Origin: an uncultured Eggerthellaceae bacterium
GTDB taxonomy: Bacteria > Actinomycetota > Coriobacteriia > Coriobacteriales > Eggerthellaceae
Reading direction: 5' to 3'
Length of the DNA stretch: 37,059 bases
Assembly (NCBI GenBank): GCA_947626665.1
Contig: CANQTB010000001.1
Location: 1 to 37,059 of the forward strand
Numbering within the stretch: position 1 is the first letter of the stretch; each line of letters opens with the position of its first letter. The position numbers and the translations under genes are program-made. Of the stretch, positions 1 to 8,669 are shown piece after piece. The notes beneath the pieces are model-generated. The model had not been told where the DNA came from. It did no database searches and saw only the letters and a program-made list of their open reading frames with translations.

Positions 1-1
1 T

Positions 2-958
2 TTAGTACTCGATGCGGAAGTAATCGAGCCAGTTTTTGAAACGATCTTGGGCAGTAAGGCAGGTGTCGAGCATATAGCCTCTTTCGTCATCCCATTGAGC
101 GAGTCCGCGGTAATAGAACGCTTTCAGATCATCCGTTATGATGAAGGGAACGATGCTGTTTTTCAGGCACTCTTTGAGCATGATGAGCCTTCCTACCCGT
201 CCATTGCCGTCTTGAAACGGATGAATGCGTTCAAATCGAACGTGTAAATCCACGATGCGTTCTAGCGATTGCGGCTCATCAGGTTGATACCATGTCATCA
301 AATCCGCCATTTGAGCAGGCACATCTTCAGGAGAGGCGGTTGTCATCACGCCTACTTCATTGGGAAGCTTCTTGTACTCGCCCGGCGCAACAAGAAAGTT
401 GTCATATCCTCTTGGATTTCTTTCAAAGCCACTTTCCACAACTGCGCTTTTCAGTATCCGATGAAACGTCTTTATCATGCTTTCAGAGAGTGGTCGCTTC
501 GCCTTGTCAAGACAATAATCGATACAGCGGAAATGATTGGCTGCCTCGAAGACGTCGTTGATGTTCACTGCGCTTTCCGAAAGGCCGATAGTCGATGTCT
601 CAAAAATCATCCGCGTCTGGTCAAGTGTCAGCCGAGAACCTTCCATATGATTCGAGTTGTAAGTGAACTCGATCTGAAGTTTGTGGTAAATGCCCCCGCT
701 TATGCCATAGGCCTTTTCTTCTAGCAGGCGTTGAAGCAACGTATTCTCGGAGAGCGACTGCCGCGCGTTTGCTCGCTTTGGCTTTTCAGCGTCCATAGGG
801 ATCTGCCACGTTTTTCCGCTAAGAATCGCTCCCTCAATGCGTCCCTGTGCACAATAATTGCGAACGCTTCTTTCGGAAAGCCCCCATCGCTTCGCCACCT
901 CGGCCACCGTTCGACATTCTTTGGATGATTGCGATTCCATCTGCCGCTCCCACTTCAT
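2..958 (-). CDS. Fic/DOC-family protein with N-terminal HTH
   Basis: Track ORF 2..988. Fic active-site string HPFQDGNGRVGR fits HxFx[DE]GNGRxxR. SNHMEG fits the [ST]xxxE[GN] inhibitory motif. VAEVAKRWGLSERSVRNYCAQGRI looks like a MerR/excisionase-type HTH. The track start at 988 is TTG; ATG at 958 or ATG at 940 (preceded by GGGAG) is more plausible. Confidence 0.85.
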   Translation of the reverse strand: MKWERQMESQSSKECRTVAEVAKRWGLSERSVRNYCAQGRIEGAILSGKTWQIPMDAEKPKRANARQSLSENTLLQRLLEEKAYGISGGIYHKLQIEFTYNSNHMEGSRLTLDQTRMIFETSTIGLSESAVNINDVFEAANHFRCIDYCLDKAKRPLSESMIKTFHRILKSAVVESGFERNPRGYDNFLVAPGEYKKLPNEVGVMTTASPEDVPAQMADLMTWYQPDEPQSLERIVDLHVRFERIHPFQDGNGRVGRLIMLKECLKNSIVPFIITDDLKAFYYRGLAQWDDERGYMLDTCLTAQDRFKNWLDYFRIEY

Positions 959-978
959 GGTACTCGCGTTATGTGCTC

Positions 979-1032
979 TTATCGGCAAAATTTAAAATTT
1001 TACATATTGTAACATCAAGTTTTTGCCGATAA
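979..1032. promoter_or_regulatory. 12-bp perfect inverted repeat (TTATCGGCAAAA / TTTTGCCGATAA) upstream of the Fic gene; candidate operator
   Basis: Arms at 979-990 and 1021-1032 read directly. The 30-bp AT-rich spacer holds a TACAAT-like -10 on the minus strand. The protein encoded next to it carries an HTH. Confidence 0.3.
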
Positions 1033-1199
1033 CCGAAACGATGCTTACGGGATTTGACTCACGATTATATTACGCGTACTGAAATTCCTTATTGGATGAT
1101 CCGCATTCGGGGATGAAACGATAAGGGATAGGGTATCTAATACAATATCGAAAAGAGTATAATATCTGGTATCAAATTAAGCCCTTCGAAGGAGTTCAG

Positions 1200-1508
1200 A
1201 TGCCGTCTTCAGTTGCAGCCCCGCCGATCTTCTCGTTTTCCGCCCTGAAAAGCAATCAACGGGAGATCAAGAACCGAAGCAAAAGCGAGGTGGTTCATAT
1301 CACCGAAAACGGCAAAGCCGCCTATGTGTTTTGCTCCGAAGAGGTCTTTGAGCGCGAGAAGGCGCAGGCGGTCGAGGACGCGATTAGCGAGCTGCAGATC
1401 TCCCAGCTCATAGAGCGCGGACGGGAGGATGTTAAAGCCGGACGTGTTGTCGTGGGCCTCGAAAAGGGAAGGGCCCGCATGATGGCCGCATGGGGGCGCG
1501 ATGGCTGA
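1200..1508 (+). CDS. type II antitoxin, Phd/YefM-like
   Basis: 102 aa. AAGGAG Shine-Dalgarno 6 nt upstream of the ATG. The N-terminal pattern (SEVVHITENGKAAYVFCSEEVFE) is typical of Phd/YefM. The 3' end overlaps the next ORF by 8 nt. Confidence 0.6.
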   Translation: MPSSVAAPPIFSFSALKSNQREIKNRSKSEVVHITENGKAAYVFCSEEVFEREKAQAVEDAISELQISQLIERGREDVKAGRVVVGLEKGRARMMAAWGRDG

Positions 1509-1770
1509 ACTCGTTTTCACGGAAAGCTACTTCGAGACAATCGCGCAGATCGAATCGCCAAAACTGCAGGACAGGCTTCTTGCATTGCTTGAGCTTTTGG
1601 GCGAGGTGCCGACGTTCGGGTCGCGAAAGGTGCGCGGATGGCTGCGCGAGCGGTTTGGCGACACCTGCATGACGGCTGACCTCTCTCCATTTCTTCTCGT
1701 CTTTGAATATATTGAAGAAGACGACACCGTCTTTGTGTACGGCGTCGTTCATCAACGTGAAATTCGTTAA
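1501..1770 (+). CDS. RelE/ParE-superfamily toxin
   Basis: 89 aa. The start overlaps the antitoxin stop (ATGGCTGA). Size, position and the C-terminal VFVYGVVHQRE pattern fit ParE/RelE toxins. Confidence 0.55.
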   Translation: MAELVFTESYFETIAQIESPKLQDRLLALLELLGEVPTFGSRKVRGWLRERFGDTCMTADLSPFLLVFEYIEEDDTVFVYGVVHQREIR

Positions 1771-1863
1771 GCGGCTTTCAATAGTTGAGCCGTTCGGTTT
1801 AGCCGCGTTCGGAGATGACGAGGCCAGTGATGGCAAGTCTTAAACCGAGGACAATACGAGTCG

Positions 1864-1946
1864 ATACTATCAATTTATAACTTTCTATTTTGATAGTCAA
1901 ATACACCTGTTATACTATCATAACTTATAAATACTATTTTGATAGG
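1864..1946 (+). promoter_or_regulatory. two tandem copies of an operator-like unit (ATACTATCA-N-TATTTTGATAG), 48 bp apart
   Basis: Copy 1 at 1864-1897, copy 2 at 1912-1946. Each contains the inverted pair CTATCA...TGATAG. They sit directly upstream of the ATG at 1954. Confidence 0.4.
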
Positions 1947-1953
1947 ATTCGCA

Positions 1954-2295
1954 ATGGAGCTCATCGACTTTTCCTCATACCCGCTCAGCAACATGCAATA
2001 CGGCGGTTCTGAGCGCAAGGAATCGATCCTTGTAGCAAACGGCGGCGGGGTTCCCTGTGAATACATGCTGAAATTCCGCAGGCGCACGCCCTTTGGCCTG
2101 CGCAACAACCATTTCTCGGAATACATCGGGTCATGCGTTTTCGAAATCTTAGGATTTCCCGTCCAAAAGGTATTGCTTGGCACATGGCACGGGGAAGAAG
2201 TTGTGGCGTGCAAAAGCTTCGTCCATGAAGGAGAGCAGTTTGTCCCGTTCAATGATGTAGGAGAAAGCACGCTTGACGAAGACAAGGACACATAA
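1954..2295 (+). pseudogene. N-terminal fragment of a HipA-like (HipA_C-type) kinase, truncated
   Basis: MELIDFSSYPLSNMQYGGSERK...YMLKF...NNHFSEYIGSCVFEILGFPVQKVLLG...VVACKSF matches, from memory, the N-terminal third of Firmicutes/Actinobacteria HipA-domain proteins. The ORF stops after about 113 aa, before any catalytic-loop region. Confidence 0.45.
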
Positions 2296-2376
2296 GGATT
2301 TCTATCGCCATATGATAATTGCCCGATACCGAGTAATCCTTGAAGCATCCGCCGATTCCCTCGGAAGGAGATTCTT

Positions 2377-3234
2377 ATGAGCGGTCACCCTCCGGAAGCG
2401 GCTTTCCTCGAGAAGGATTCGGTGGGAACAATCTCTCCGAAGCAGCATGTGACGAAAGCCCAGCTCTGCCTGAATGGCCGAGGCGGCTTTACGTATGTCC
2501 TCGCGCAGGTGGAATACATCGTGCGGTCAGACGATACGTTCACCTATCTCCTGACGCCTGATTATGGGGTCATTGATCTTTTGGATCCCCCTGACTTTCA
2601 GGGAATACCGGGCTTTAACCTCGAAAAGCGAAAAGACGTCTATGCGCGCGAAAACCGGACGCCGACACTCATCGCAGACAGAGCGCCAATGCAAAATCGC
2701 GAGGATTTGCAACAGCTCCTGCGCGCCTGCGATATGGACTATTGGGATCCTTTGGAATGGCTGATCCTAACCCCAACGCGCTATATTGGCGACAAGTTTT
2801 GGTTCCGTGCGGTTCCCGAGGCCCCAATGCAGAATCCTCCCGCACTCGATATCGAAAGCGCCATTGTGAATGCCGTCAATTCTCCCCAGGCAGTCGCGGC
2901 CATTCTCAAAGCAATCTGCGAAAGCGCCGATCTGGCTGTGCACGGAGAAAAGTTGGGCGACTCACAAAAATCAATTCTCTATCGAACGCTTATGCCGCTT
3001 TACGAGAAGATGCAAAGGCGATTCACCCGCGCGGAAAAATCAGGATCCGAGATGCCTGTGAAGGCTGGAAGAAAACGAAAACCCGTCGATGAGCTGATGC
3101 TCCGCGAAGCGGTGAGCCGTTTCCACGCGAAGGAATGGTCAGCCGAGCAAGCAGCTGAAAGCCTCGATATCGGCGTGGCAACGTTCTATCGCCGCATGAA
3201 AGAACTTACTGAGATTCAGCCGAAAATACAATAA
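2377..3234 (+). CDS. hypothetical protein with C-terminal HTH
   Basis: 285 aa. GGAAGGAGA Shine-Dalgarno before the ATG. C-terminal AESLDIGVATFYRRMKEL is a resolvase/Hin-like HTH preceded by a basic KAGRKRKP stretch. The N-terminal part is unassigned. Confidence 0.6.
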   Translation: MSGHPPEAAFLEKDSVGTISPKQHVTKAQLCLNGRGGFTYVLAQVEYIVRSDDTFTYLLTPDYGVIDLLDPPDFQGIPGFNLEKRKDVYARENRTPTLIADRAPMQNREDLQQLLRACDMDYWDPLEWLILTPTRYIGDKFWFRAVPEAPMQNPPALDIESAIVNAVNSPQAVAAILKAICESADLAVHGEKLGDSQKSILYRTLMPLYEKMQRRFTRAEKSGSEMPVKAGRKRKPVDELMLREAVSRFHAKEWSAEQAAESLDIGVATFYRRMKELTEIQPKIQ

Positions 3235-3268
3235 ACAAACCTGATTGTTAAGAAGCAATTCGTATAAA

Positions 3269-3298
3269 CAGCCCACGTTCAATCGAGAACGTGGGCTG
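3269..3298. terminator. bidirectional hairpin between convergent genes (12-bp perfect stem)
   Basis: CAGCCCACGTTC-aatcga-GAACGTGGGCTG read directly. On the minus strand it is followed by TTTATAC. It lies between the stops at 3234 and 3342. Confidence 0.6.
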
Positions 3299-3341
3299 CA
3301 TCATCATTACGCTTACGCGTTAACAGAGAGAACTCTTGGCT

Positions 3342-4907
3342 TTAAGCCTTCACTCTTGTTTGAACCGCATGCTTTGCAGCAGTACGGCCAGAATAAACAT
3401 TGTGTGCAGCGCAGGATCCTGAAATGTTCATGGTATAAACGTTTGCCCAGATCATTGCACCTTCAACACCAACAGCATAAAGACCATCTATTGGCTCATC
3501 ATCATCGTTCAGCACGCTGAAGTTTCGATCCGTTTTAATCGACCCCATCGTTTTCCCGATTGAGTTTTTAACTTCTACGGCATAAACATCGCCGTCATCC
3601 GCCATCGGAATAAGATAATCAGGGTCTTTTCCAAACTCAGAGTCGTCTTTGATGCTGCAGTACGTGTTATAGCTGTCAACCGTCTCTTGCAATACATCGG
3701 GGTCAGCACCAATGGCCTTAGCTAATTCAGCCCAGCTGCCGGCCTTAATAATAACTCCCTTTGCTTGACCATCACTCAGCTCTTTAAGACCTTCCTCGTC
3801 ACCATTGACATATTCATCCATCTTCGCTGCATCGAGAATAATATATACATGTTTATGCATGCGCACAGGATTTGCAACAACCATATGATTTGCTAATGCA
3901 AGGTCCTCATTAACAAACCGCTCACCATTTTCATTTACCCAGATCATTGAGGGGATATCATAAAAAGCATTCATCACAGAGCAGAAATAGCCACCTTCAA
4001 AAAATGACGGCAGATCCGGAATACTGGCACCACCAAGCATGCCCATATTGGAAGCATTGCTTGCTCCACCAACGGCAATCGCCATATCATGACCTGATCC
4101 GTCGCAGCCCATTGTTGAGGGCAGGCTGTTTTCCTCGTTATAACCAAATTGAGCAAGAAGATCCAACCGATCTGCAAAGCCTCCAGACGCAAGAATCACC
4201 GCTTGAGCGTTCACCTGAAGAACAGTACCATCGCCCTTAGTTGCATAGAGCCCGACAATCGAACCGTCATCAGCTTGAATAAGCTGATCCGCATGAGTGT
4301 CAAGAATGAATTCAACGCCAGCATCGAGAGCAGCCTGATTCATCGGAACAACATAGCTTTCAGCTCCGGTTCCCGTCTCAAACCAGTGGAAGATTGGATG
4401 ATATCCTACATAGTTATCAACTTTGCCGAACCTCACTCCTTTTGTGAGCAACCAATCAATATCTTCACCTGATGCATGAACAAGATCACGAAGCACAAGC
4501 CCACTGTTCCTGTATTGGTTTTGCTCGAGCTCCGTTCGAATTAATTCGCCCATGGAGACTTCAATTCCTTGGTCTTTCTGCATTCCAGAGTTGACGGCGA
4601 ACACACCCTCTACGCCACCACTAGCACCACCCGTAACATTTTGATAATCAACGCAGACAACATGGGCGCCTTCGTCTGCGGCTTGAACACACGCCGCCAA
4701 TCCAGAACAGCCTGCACCGACTATTGCGATATCGCAATCGATCGTCTCATCGGGCGTTATTTCTGCTTGCGAAGAAACCTCTGAACTCGGCGTTTCATTA
4801 GTAGAGCTGTTACTTTGTGGTGCACATCCTGCCGCTACTGCAGTAGCTCCCATTGCGAAAAGGACACCCATGCCTCCTACAAATGTTCTTCTTGATACTT
4901 CTTTCAT
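3342..4907 (-). CDS. Tat-exported lipoprotein, FAD-dependent fumarate-reductase/urocanate-reductase-family flavoprotein
   Basis: Twin-arginine SRRTFVGG, followed by the lipobox VAAGC. Rossmann motif DIAIVGAGCSGLAA. Overall length and layout fit FAD_binding_2 reductases. The ATG at 4907 is preceded by GGGAGGAG; the track start at 4925 lies inside that Shine-Dalgarno sequence. Confidence 0.85.
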   Translation of the reverse strand: MKEVSRRTFVGGMGVLFAMGATAVAAGCAPQSNSSTNETPSSEVSSQAEITPDETIDCDIAIVGAGCSGLAACVQAADEGAHVVCVDYQNVTGGASGGVEGVFAVNSGMQKDQGIEVSMGELIRTELEQNQYRNSGLVLRDLVHASGEDIDWLLTKGVRFGKVDNYVGYHPIFHWFETGTGAESYVVPMNQAALDAGVEFILDTHADQLIQADDGSIVGLYATKGDGTVLQVNAQAVILASGGFADRLDLLAQFGYNEENSLPSTMGCDGSGHDMAIAVGGASNASNMGMLGGASIPDLPSFFEGGYFCSVMNAFYDIPSMIWVNENGERFVNEDLALANHMVVANPVRMHKHVYIILDAAKMDEYVNGDEEGLKELSDGQAKGVIIKAGSWAELAKAIGADPDVLQETVDSYNTYCSIKDDSEFGKDPDYLIPMADDGDVYAVEVKNSIGKTMGSIKTDRNFSVLNDDDEPIDGLYAVGVEGAMIWANVYTMNISGSCAAHNVYSGRTAAKHAVQTRVKA

Positions 4908-5065
4908 CGTCGAATCTCCTCCCATGGAAACACTTCAACCAACGTTAGGCATTTTAGGGAGCAAGATTGCTGATGACAACGATACTTTGTCTGTGTCGCT
5001 GTTCCACATTCTTCCTGTTCAACAAGGTGTTAAATTACTTAATTAACTATTATTGTTAAAGACGC

Positions 5066-5968
5066 TTAAGTATTTTTGCTATATGTTTTCAAGTTGTAGT
5101 ACATACGAGAATGCCAAGCTTTGAGAATCAACACGCTTTCGTCGGAGCTCGGAACGTGAGTTGGCACGGTAATTTCGTCTAGCTTCGGTATTACGTCATT
5201 TACAATAGCTCGTCCTTTTTTCGTAATACCGATGATGAGAGACCGCGCATCAAAAGGATTTTTCACTTCCTCTATAAGAGATAAATTCACAAGATGCTTT
5301 TTACATGCCGAAATTTGACTTCGAGGCGTAAGTAAGTGCTCTGAAAGATCTTGTGCTCTCATCGTCGTAACATCCGCCAATGAATGTAAAATGCGAAATT
5401 CGTTCAGGTTTAATTTGCAACTATCATGAATGCATTGTCGCCACTTTTCGACAATTGCACGAGCAAAGACGATGAACTCTACGCTGTATCCAGCTGATAG
5501 TTCGTTGTGTATACAAAAGTCGACCTCAAAGCCTCGAAGAATGTCAAGGTTTGTATGAATTCCTGTTTGTAAGTAAGTGTAATATTCAGAATCGGGAAGC
5601 GTTTTTTGAATTACGTTCTTTAATAAGCAGAACGCCTCATTGCAATCTTTTGCAAGGGAGTCCCCTTGTTTGCTTAAGCTTATAGAGGCAAGTCTTTTAT
5701 CCCTTTCGTTATTCTTGATCTTTATAAACTCCCTTTCTTCTAACGACGGAGTTAGTTGCCATATACTGCTAATCTTCATTATGAGAAAGTCCGCTAATTG
5801 CCGAAACGACAGTGCAGAATCTGATTGGTAGAGTGTCAACAAGATTTCGGCGTCAGTGAGTGTTATTCCGAGGTCTTTTCTGTATTTTTGAGAAAACAGT
5901 TTAATAATCTCGAGGTAGATTGTGGAAAGTTGAGAAGAAAACCCTATTTGTTCGCTTCCACTACTCAT
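5066..5968 (-). CDS. transcriptional regulator with two MarR-like winged-helix domains in one chain
   Basis: 300 aa. First wHTH around LTDAEILLTLYQSDSALSFRQLADFL...RDKRLASISLSKQG. Second around LNEFRILHSLADVTTMRAQDLSEHL...DARSLIIGITKKGRAIV. Confidence 0.65.
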   Translation of the reverse strand: MSSGSEQIGFSSQLSTIYLEIIKLFSQKYRKDLGITLTDAEILLTLYQSDSALSFRQLADFLIMKISSIWQLTPSLEEREFIKIKNNERDKRLASISLSKQGDSLAKDCNEAFCLLKNVIQKTLPDSEYYTYLQTGIHTNLDILRGFEVDFCIHNELSAGYSVEFIVFARAIVEKWRQCIHDSCKLNLNEFRILHSLADVTTMRAQDLSEHLLTPRSQISACKKHLVNLSLIEEVKNPFDARSLIIGITKKGRAIVNDVIPKLDEITVPTHVPSSDESVLILKAWHSRMYYNLKTYSKNT

Positions 5969-5986
5969 CAGAAGCCTCTCTTGGTT

Positions 5987-6004
5987 TTTTAGCTTGAGCT
6001 AAAA
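5987..6004. promoter_or_regulatory. 18-bp palindrome TTTTAGCT-TG-AGCTAAAA, 19 bp upstream of the tandem-MarR start
   Basis: Read directly. MarR-family proteins typically bind palindromes in their own promoter regions. Confidence 0.3.
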
Positions 6005-6103
6005 GTTGATTTCAGAAACTTATTATATCTCACAGACTTTACCGCTGTGTCGGCTCAGCACTGTTGTATTTCGGAATATATCCTAGCTTTGTGTATCCAC
6101 TTT

Positions 6104-7186
6104 TCAATTGCGTTCGGAGATGAGAAGGCCGGCGATGGCGAGCCCCAAGCCAAGGGCGATAAGGGGCGTTATCGGTTCGCCGAGAACCAGTGCGGAGGCG
6201 ATCACATCTACCACGGGCACAAGGTAAAGGTAGGTCACGGTTTTCACCGAGCCCAAGATACTGATCGATTTGTTCCACAGCACATAGCAAAGCGCCGATG
6301 CGACAAGACCTAAGAAAAGCAGGTTGCCGCCGATTTCGGGTCGAAGCAGCGCCTGCCAATCGGGCTGAAAGCCCACGACCGCAAGGGCAGGCAGCATGAA
6401 CAGCAGACCCCAGAAGAAGATGCGCCGCGTGGCACCGATCACTCCATAGCCATGGTTTGAGATCGTTTTCGAGAAGATGTTGTAAACCGCCCATACAATC
6501 GCCGCACCGAGCGCAAGCAAGCACCCAAAAGCGTTTTCGAAAGGCGCGATATGAAGGAATGCCGCCGCATCACCGGTAAGGCTCGCGCAGGCGATACCTG
6601 CCATCGCGATCACGAACCCAATGAGGAAACGGACGAGCTGAAACATCTCGGCACGACGTTCTTCCAGAGTTCCGGATATTTCGGGAGTTTCGGGGGTTTC
6701 TGCGGCAGACCCCAGCGGCATGTTCATCGCCATAGCGGAAACAGTGGGCTCGCCGAAAACACATTCGCGATTATCTTGCGAGTTGGAAGGATCCGTTGCC
6801 CTCTGTGCCTTGCGCTGGCGGGAAACACGCGCTGCCACCCATAGAAAGATCGCGGTGAACAACGGCGCCGTGGCGACGATTATCCCCACATTCGATGCCG
6901 TCGTATAGGTGAGCGCGATGTTCTCCATAAGGAAATACAATGTTACGCCCATCGCTCCTGCTATAACGAAAAGAAGCTCGTCTTTTCGCTGCGCCACCAT
7001 CATCGGGTGCGGCATAATCGCCCAAAGCGCCACATAGCCCAAGGCGAAGCGAAAGAACAGCACCTCAATCGGTGTGAAGGCGGTGAGCACAACCTTCGTC
7101 TCCACAAATGTGACGCCCCAAACGATGATCGTGATGAGCGCAAACAGATGGCCGATGCCGGAGCTTTGAAAAAGCGTGCTTTTCAT
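6104..7186 (-). CDS. EamA/DMT-family transporter
   Basis: 360 aa. Two halves with multiple TM segments and a typical EamA N-terminus (GHLFALITIIVWGVTFV). A long hydrophilic central loop separates the halves. Confidence 0.8.
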   Translation of the reverse strand: MKSTLFQSSGIGHLFALITIIVWGVTFVETKVVLTAFTPIEVLFFRFALGYVALWAIMPHPMMVAQRKDELLFVIAGAMGVTLYFLMENIALTYTTASNVGIIVATAPLFTAIFLWVAARVSRQRKAQRATDPSNSQDNRECVFGEPTVSAMAMNMPLGSAAETPETPEISGTLEERRAEMFQLVRFLIGFVIAMAGIACASLTGDAAAFLHIAPFENAFGCLLALGAAIVWAVYNIFSKTISNHGYGVIGATRRIFFWGLLFMLPALAVVGFQPDWQALLRPEIGGNLLFLGLVASALCYVLWNKSISILGSVKTVTYLYLVPVVDVIASALVLGEPITPLIALGLGLAIAGLLISERN

Positions 7187-7193
7187 GAGAAGC

Positions 7194-8462
7194 CTAAATG
7201 TCTGCCTCCGAAAACCCTATCGCCGCGACGCCATCTTCACGCGAACCAGTCTTGCTGCTCGGCGGATCGCAGATGGTTCCTCCGCCAAGAACCGTATCGC
7301 CGTCATAGAGGACAAGCGACTGCCCCGGTGCGCAAGGACGTTGCGGGGAATCGAACGTCACTTCCAAGCGCCAGCCTCCAAGCACCGCCTCGTCACGCCA
7401 TACTCTCGCGGTTCCCCGCTGCGCGGTCTGCCGATAATGCGTCTTTGCCGTCACCGTTCGCGGGCTCTCAAATGCCATAAAATCCTCTGCGATGAAACTC
7501 ACGTCGTCTGCCCACACCTTTTGCACGCGCGCCTCTTCGGCCGTACCTACGACGAGCGTTCTCGTCATAAGGTCTTTCGCACACACGAACAGCGGCTCTC
7601 CCGCTGCGATGCCAAGCCCTTTCCGCTGGCCCAAGGTGTAGGACGCAAGCCCCTTATGGGTGCCGAGAACCTTGCCCGCCCGATTGACGATCGGCCCAGG
7701 CTCAAGCGCCGCTCGACTTACCCGGCTCACCTGACTCGCCTGACCCGCCGCCGAGCTTTCCACCCCGCTTTTCCTCGCTTCGTCGGGCACTTCGCACGCA
7801 GACAACCCCTCAAGCCGATGCTCGATAAACGCCCGATAGTCCCCATCGGGCGCAAAGCATATGTCTTGGCTGTCGGGCTTTTCCGCATTCGCCACCCCCG
7901 CCTCTTCGGCACGCCTGCGAACCTCTTCCTTATCGAAATCGCCCAGAGGCAACAGCAGATGCGCAAGATCATCTTGGGTCAGGCGAAAAAGCACATAGCT
8001 CTGGTCCTTCTTCTGATCGATGGCTTTCTTCAGAAGAAACCGCCTCGACGCTTCATCGAACACGCAGCGCGCGTAATGACCCGTCGCCACACAATCGAAT
8101 CCCAGCTGCTTGCGCCAGCGCCTGAGCGCTTCGAATTTCACATAGCGATTGCAATCGATGCAGGGATTCGGCGTTCGATTCTCCAAATAGCCGGCGCAAA
8201 AACGATCGATGACCTCTTTGCCGAACAGCTTCTTCGCGTTCAGCGTATAGTGCTCGAAGCCAAGCCGTCGGGCCACCGCCTTTGCATCTTCCACATCGGA
8301 AAGCGAGCAGCACGTGCTTTCATGATGGGTCGCCAGATCGTCGTTTTCGAAGAGATGAAACGTCACACCAGTGACCTCGTACCCTCGTTCGCGCAATAAT
8401 AGGGCACACACGGAGCTGTCGACGCCCCCGCTCATCGCCACCAAAACGCGCTTGCCTTCCAT
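7194..8462 (-). CDS. mnmA: tRNA 2-thiouridine(34) synthase
   Basis: PP-loop VLVAMSGGVDSS. Also has NPCIDCN and TLGQRKGLGI strings. Sequence is MnmA-like over the full length. Confidence 0.92.
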   Translation of the reverse strand: MEGKRVLVAMSGGVDSSVCALLLRERGYEVTGVTFHLFENDDLATHHESTCCSLSDVEDAKAVARRLGFEHYTLNAKKLFGKEVIDRFCAGYLENRTPNPCIDCNRYVKFEALRRWRKQLGFDCVATGHYARCVFDEASRRFLLKKAIDQKKDQSYVLFRLTQDDLAHLLLPLGDFDKEEVRRRAEEAGVANAEKPDSQDICFAPDGDYRAFIEHRLEGLSACEVPDEARKSGVESSAAGQASQVSRVSRAALEPGPIVNRAGKVLGTHKGLASYTLGQRKGLGIAAGEPLFVCAKDLMTRTLVVGTAEEARVQKVWADDVSFIAEDFMAFESPRTVTAKTHYRQTAQRGTARVWRDEAVLGGWRLEVTFDSPQRPCAPGQSLVLYDGDTVLGGGTICDPPSSKTGSREDGVAAIGFSEADI

Positions 8463-8669
8463 CGCTCTCCCTCAAAACATCAGCCGCAAAAAACGCAACA
8501 TGTCATCAAAGCGTTATAGAGTTTATGCCGTGCGTTTACGCTATCTTCAAATAAACTATCTATGCTTCTTTTTCAGCGCGTTATTTTAACGCGTATTGCT
8601 TTACGAAGCATCCGGCGGCAAGCTCTTCGCCGCCTTTGAGCACAACATAAAGAAAGCAGGATCTCATTT

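Noticed and set aside
3240-6040. Calling the AT-richer island a mobile element
   Set aside because: I could find no integrase, transposase, tRNA target or flanking direct repeats. I report it only as a compositional island.
6039-6524. 161-aa minus-strand ORF
   Set aside because: It is an alternative frame inside the EamA transporter gene. It is Arg/Ala/Cys-rich and has no support.
7176-8399. 407-aa plus-strand ORF
   Set aside because: It lies exactly antisense to the strongly supported mnmA. It is Arg/Pro/His-rich with no motif, the usual open antisense frame in GC-rich coding DNA.
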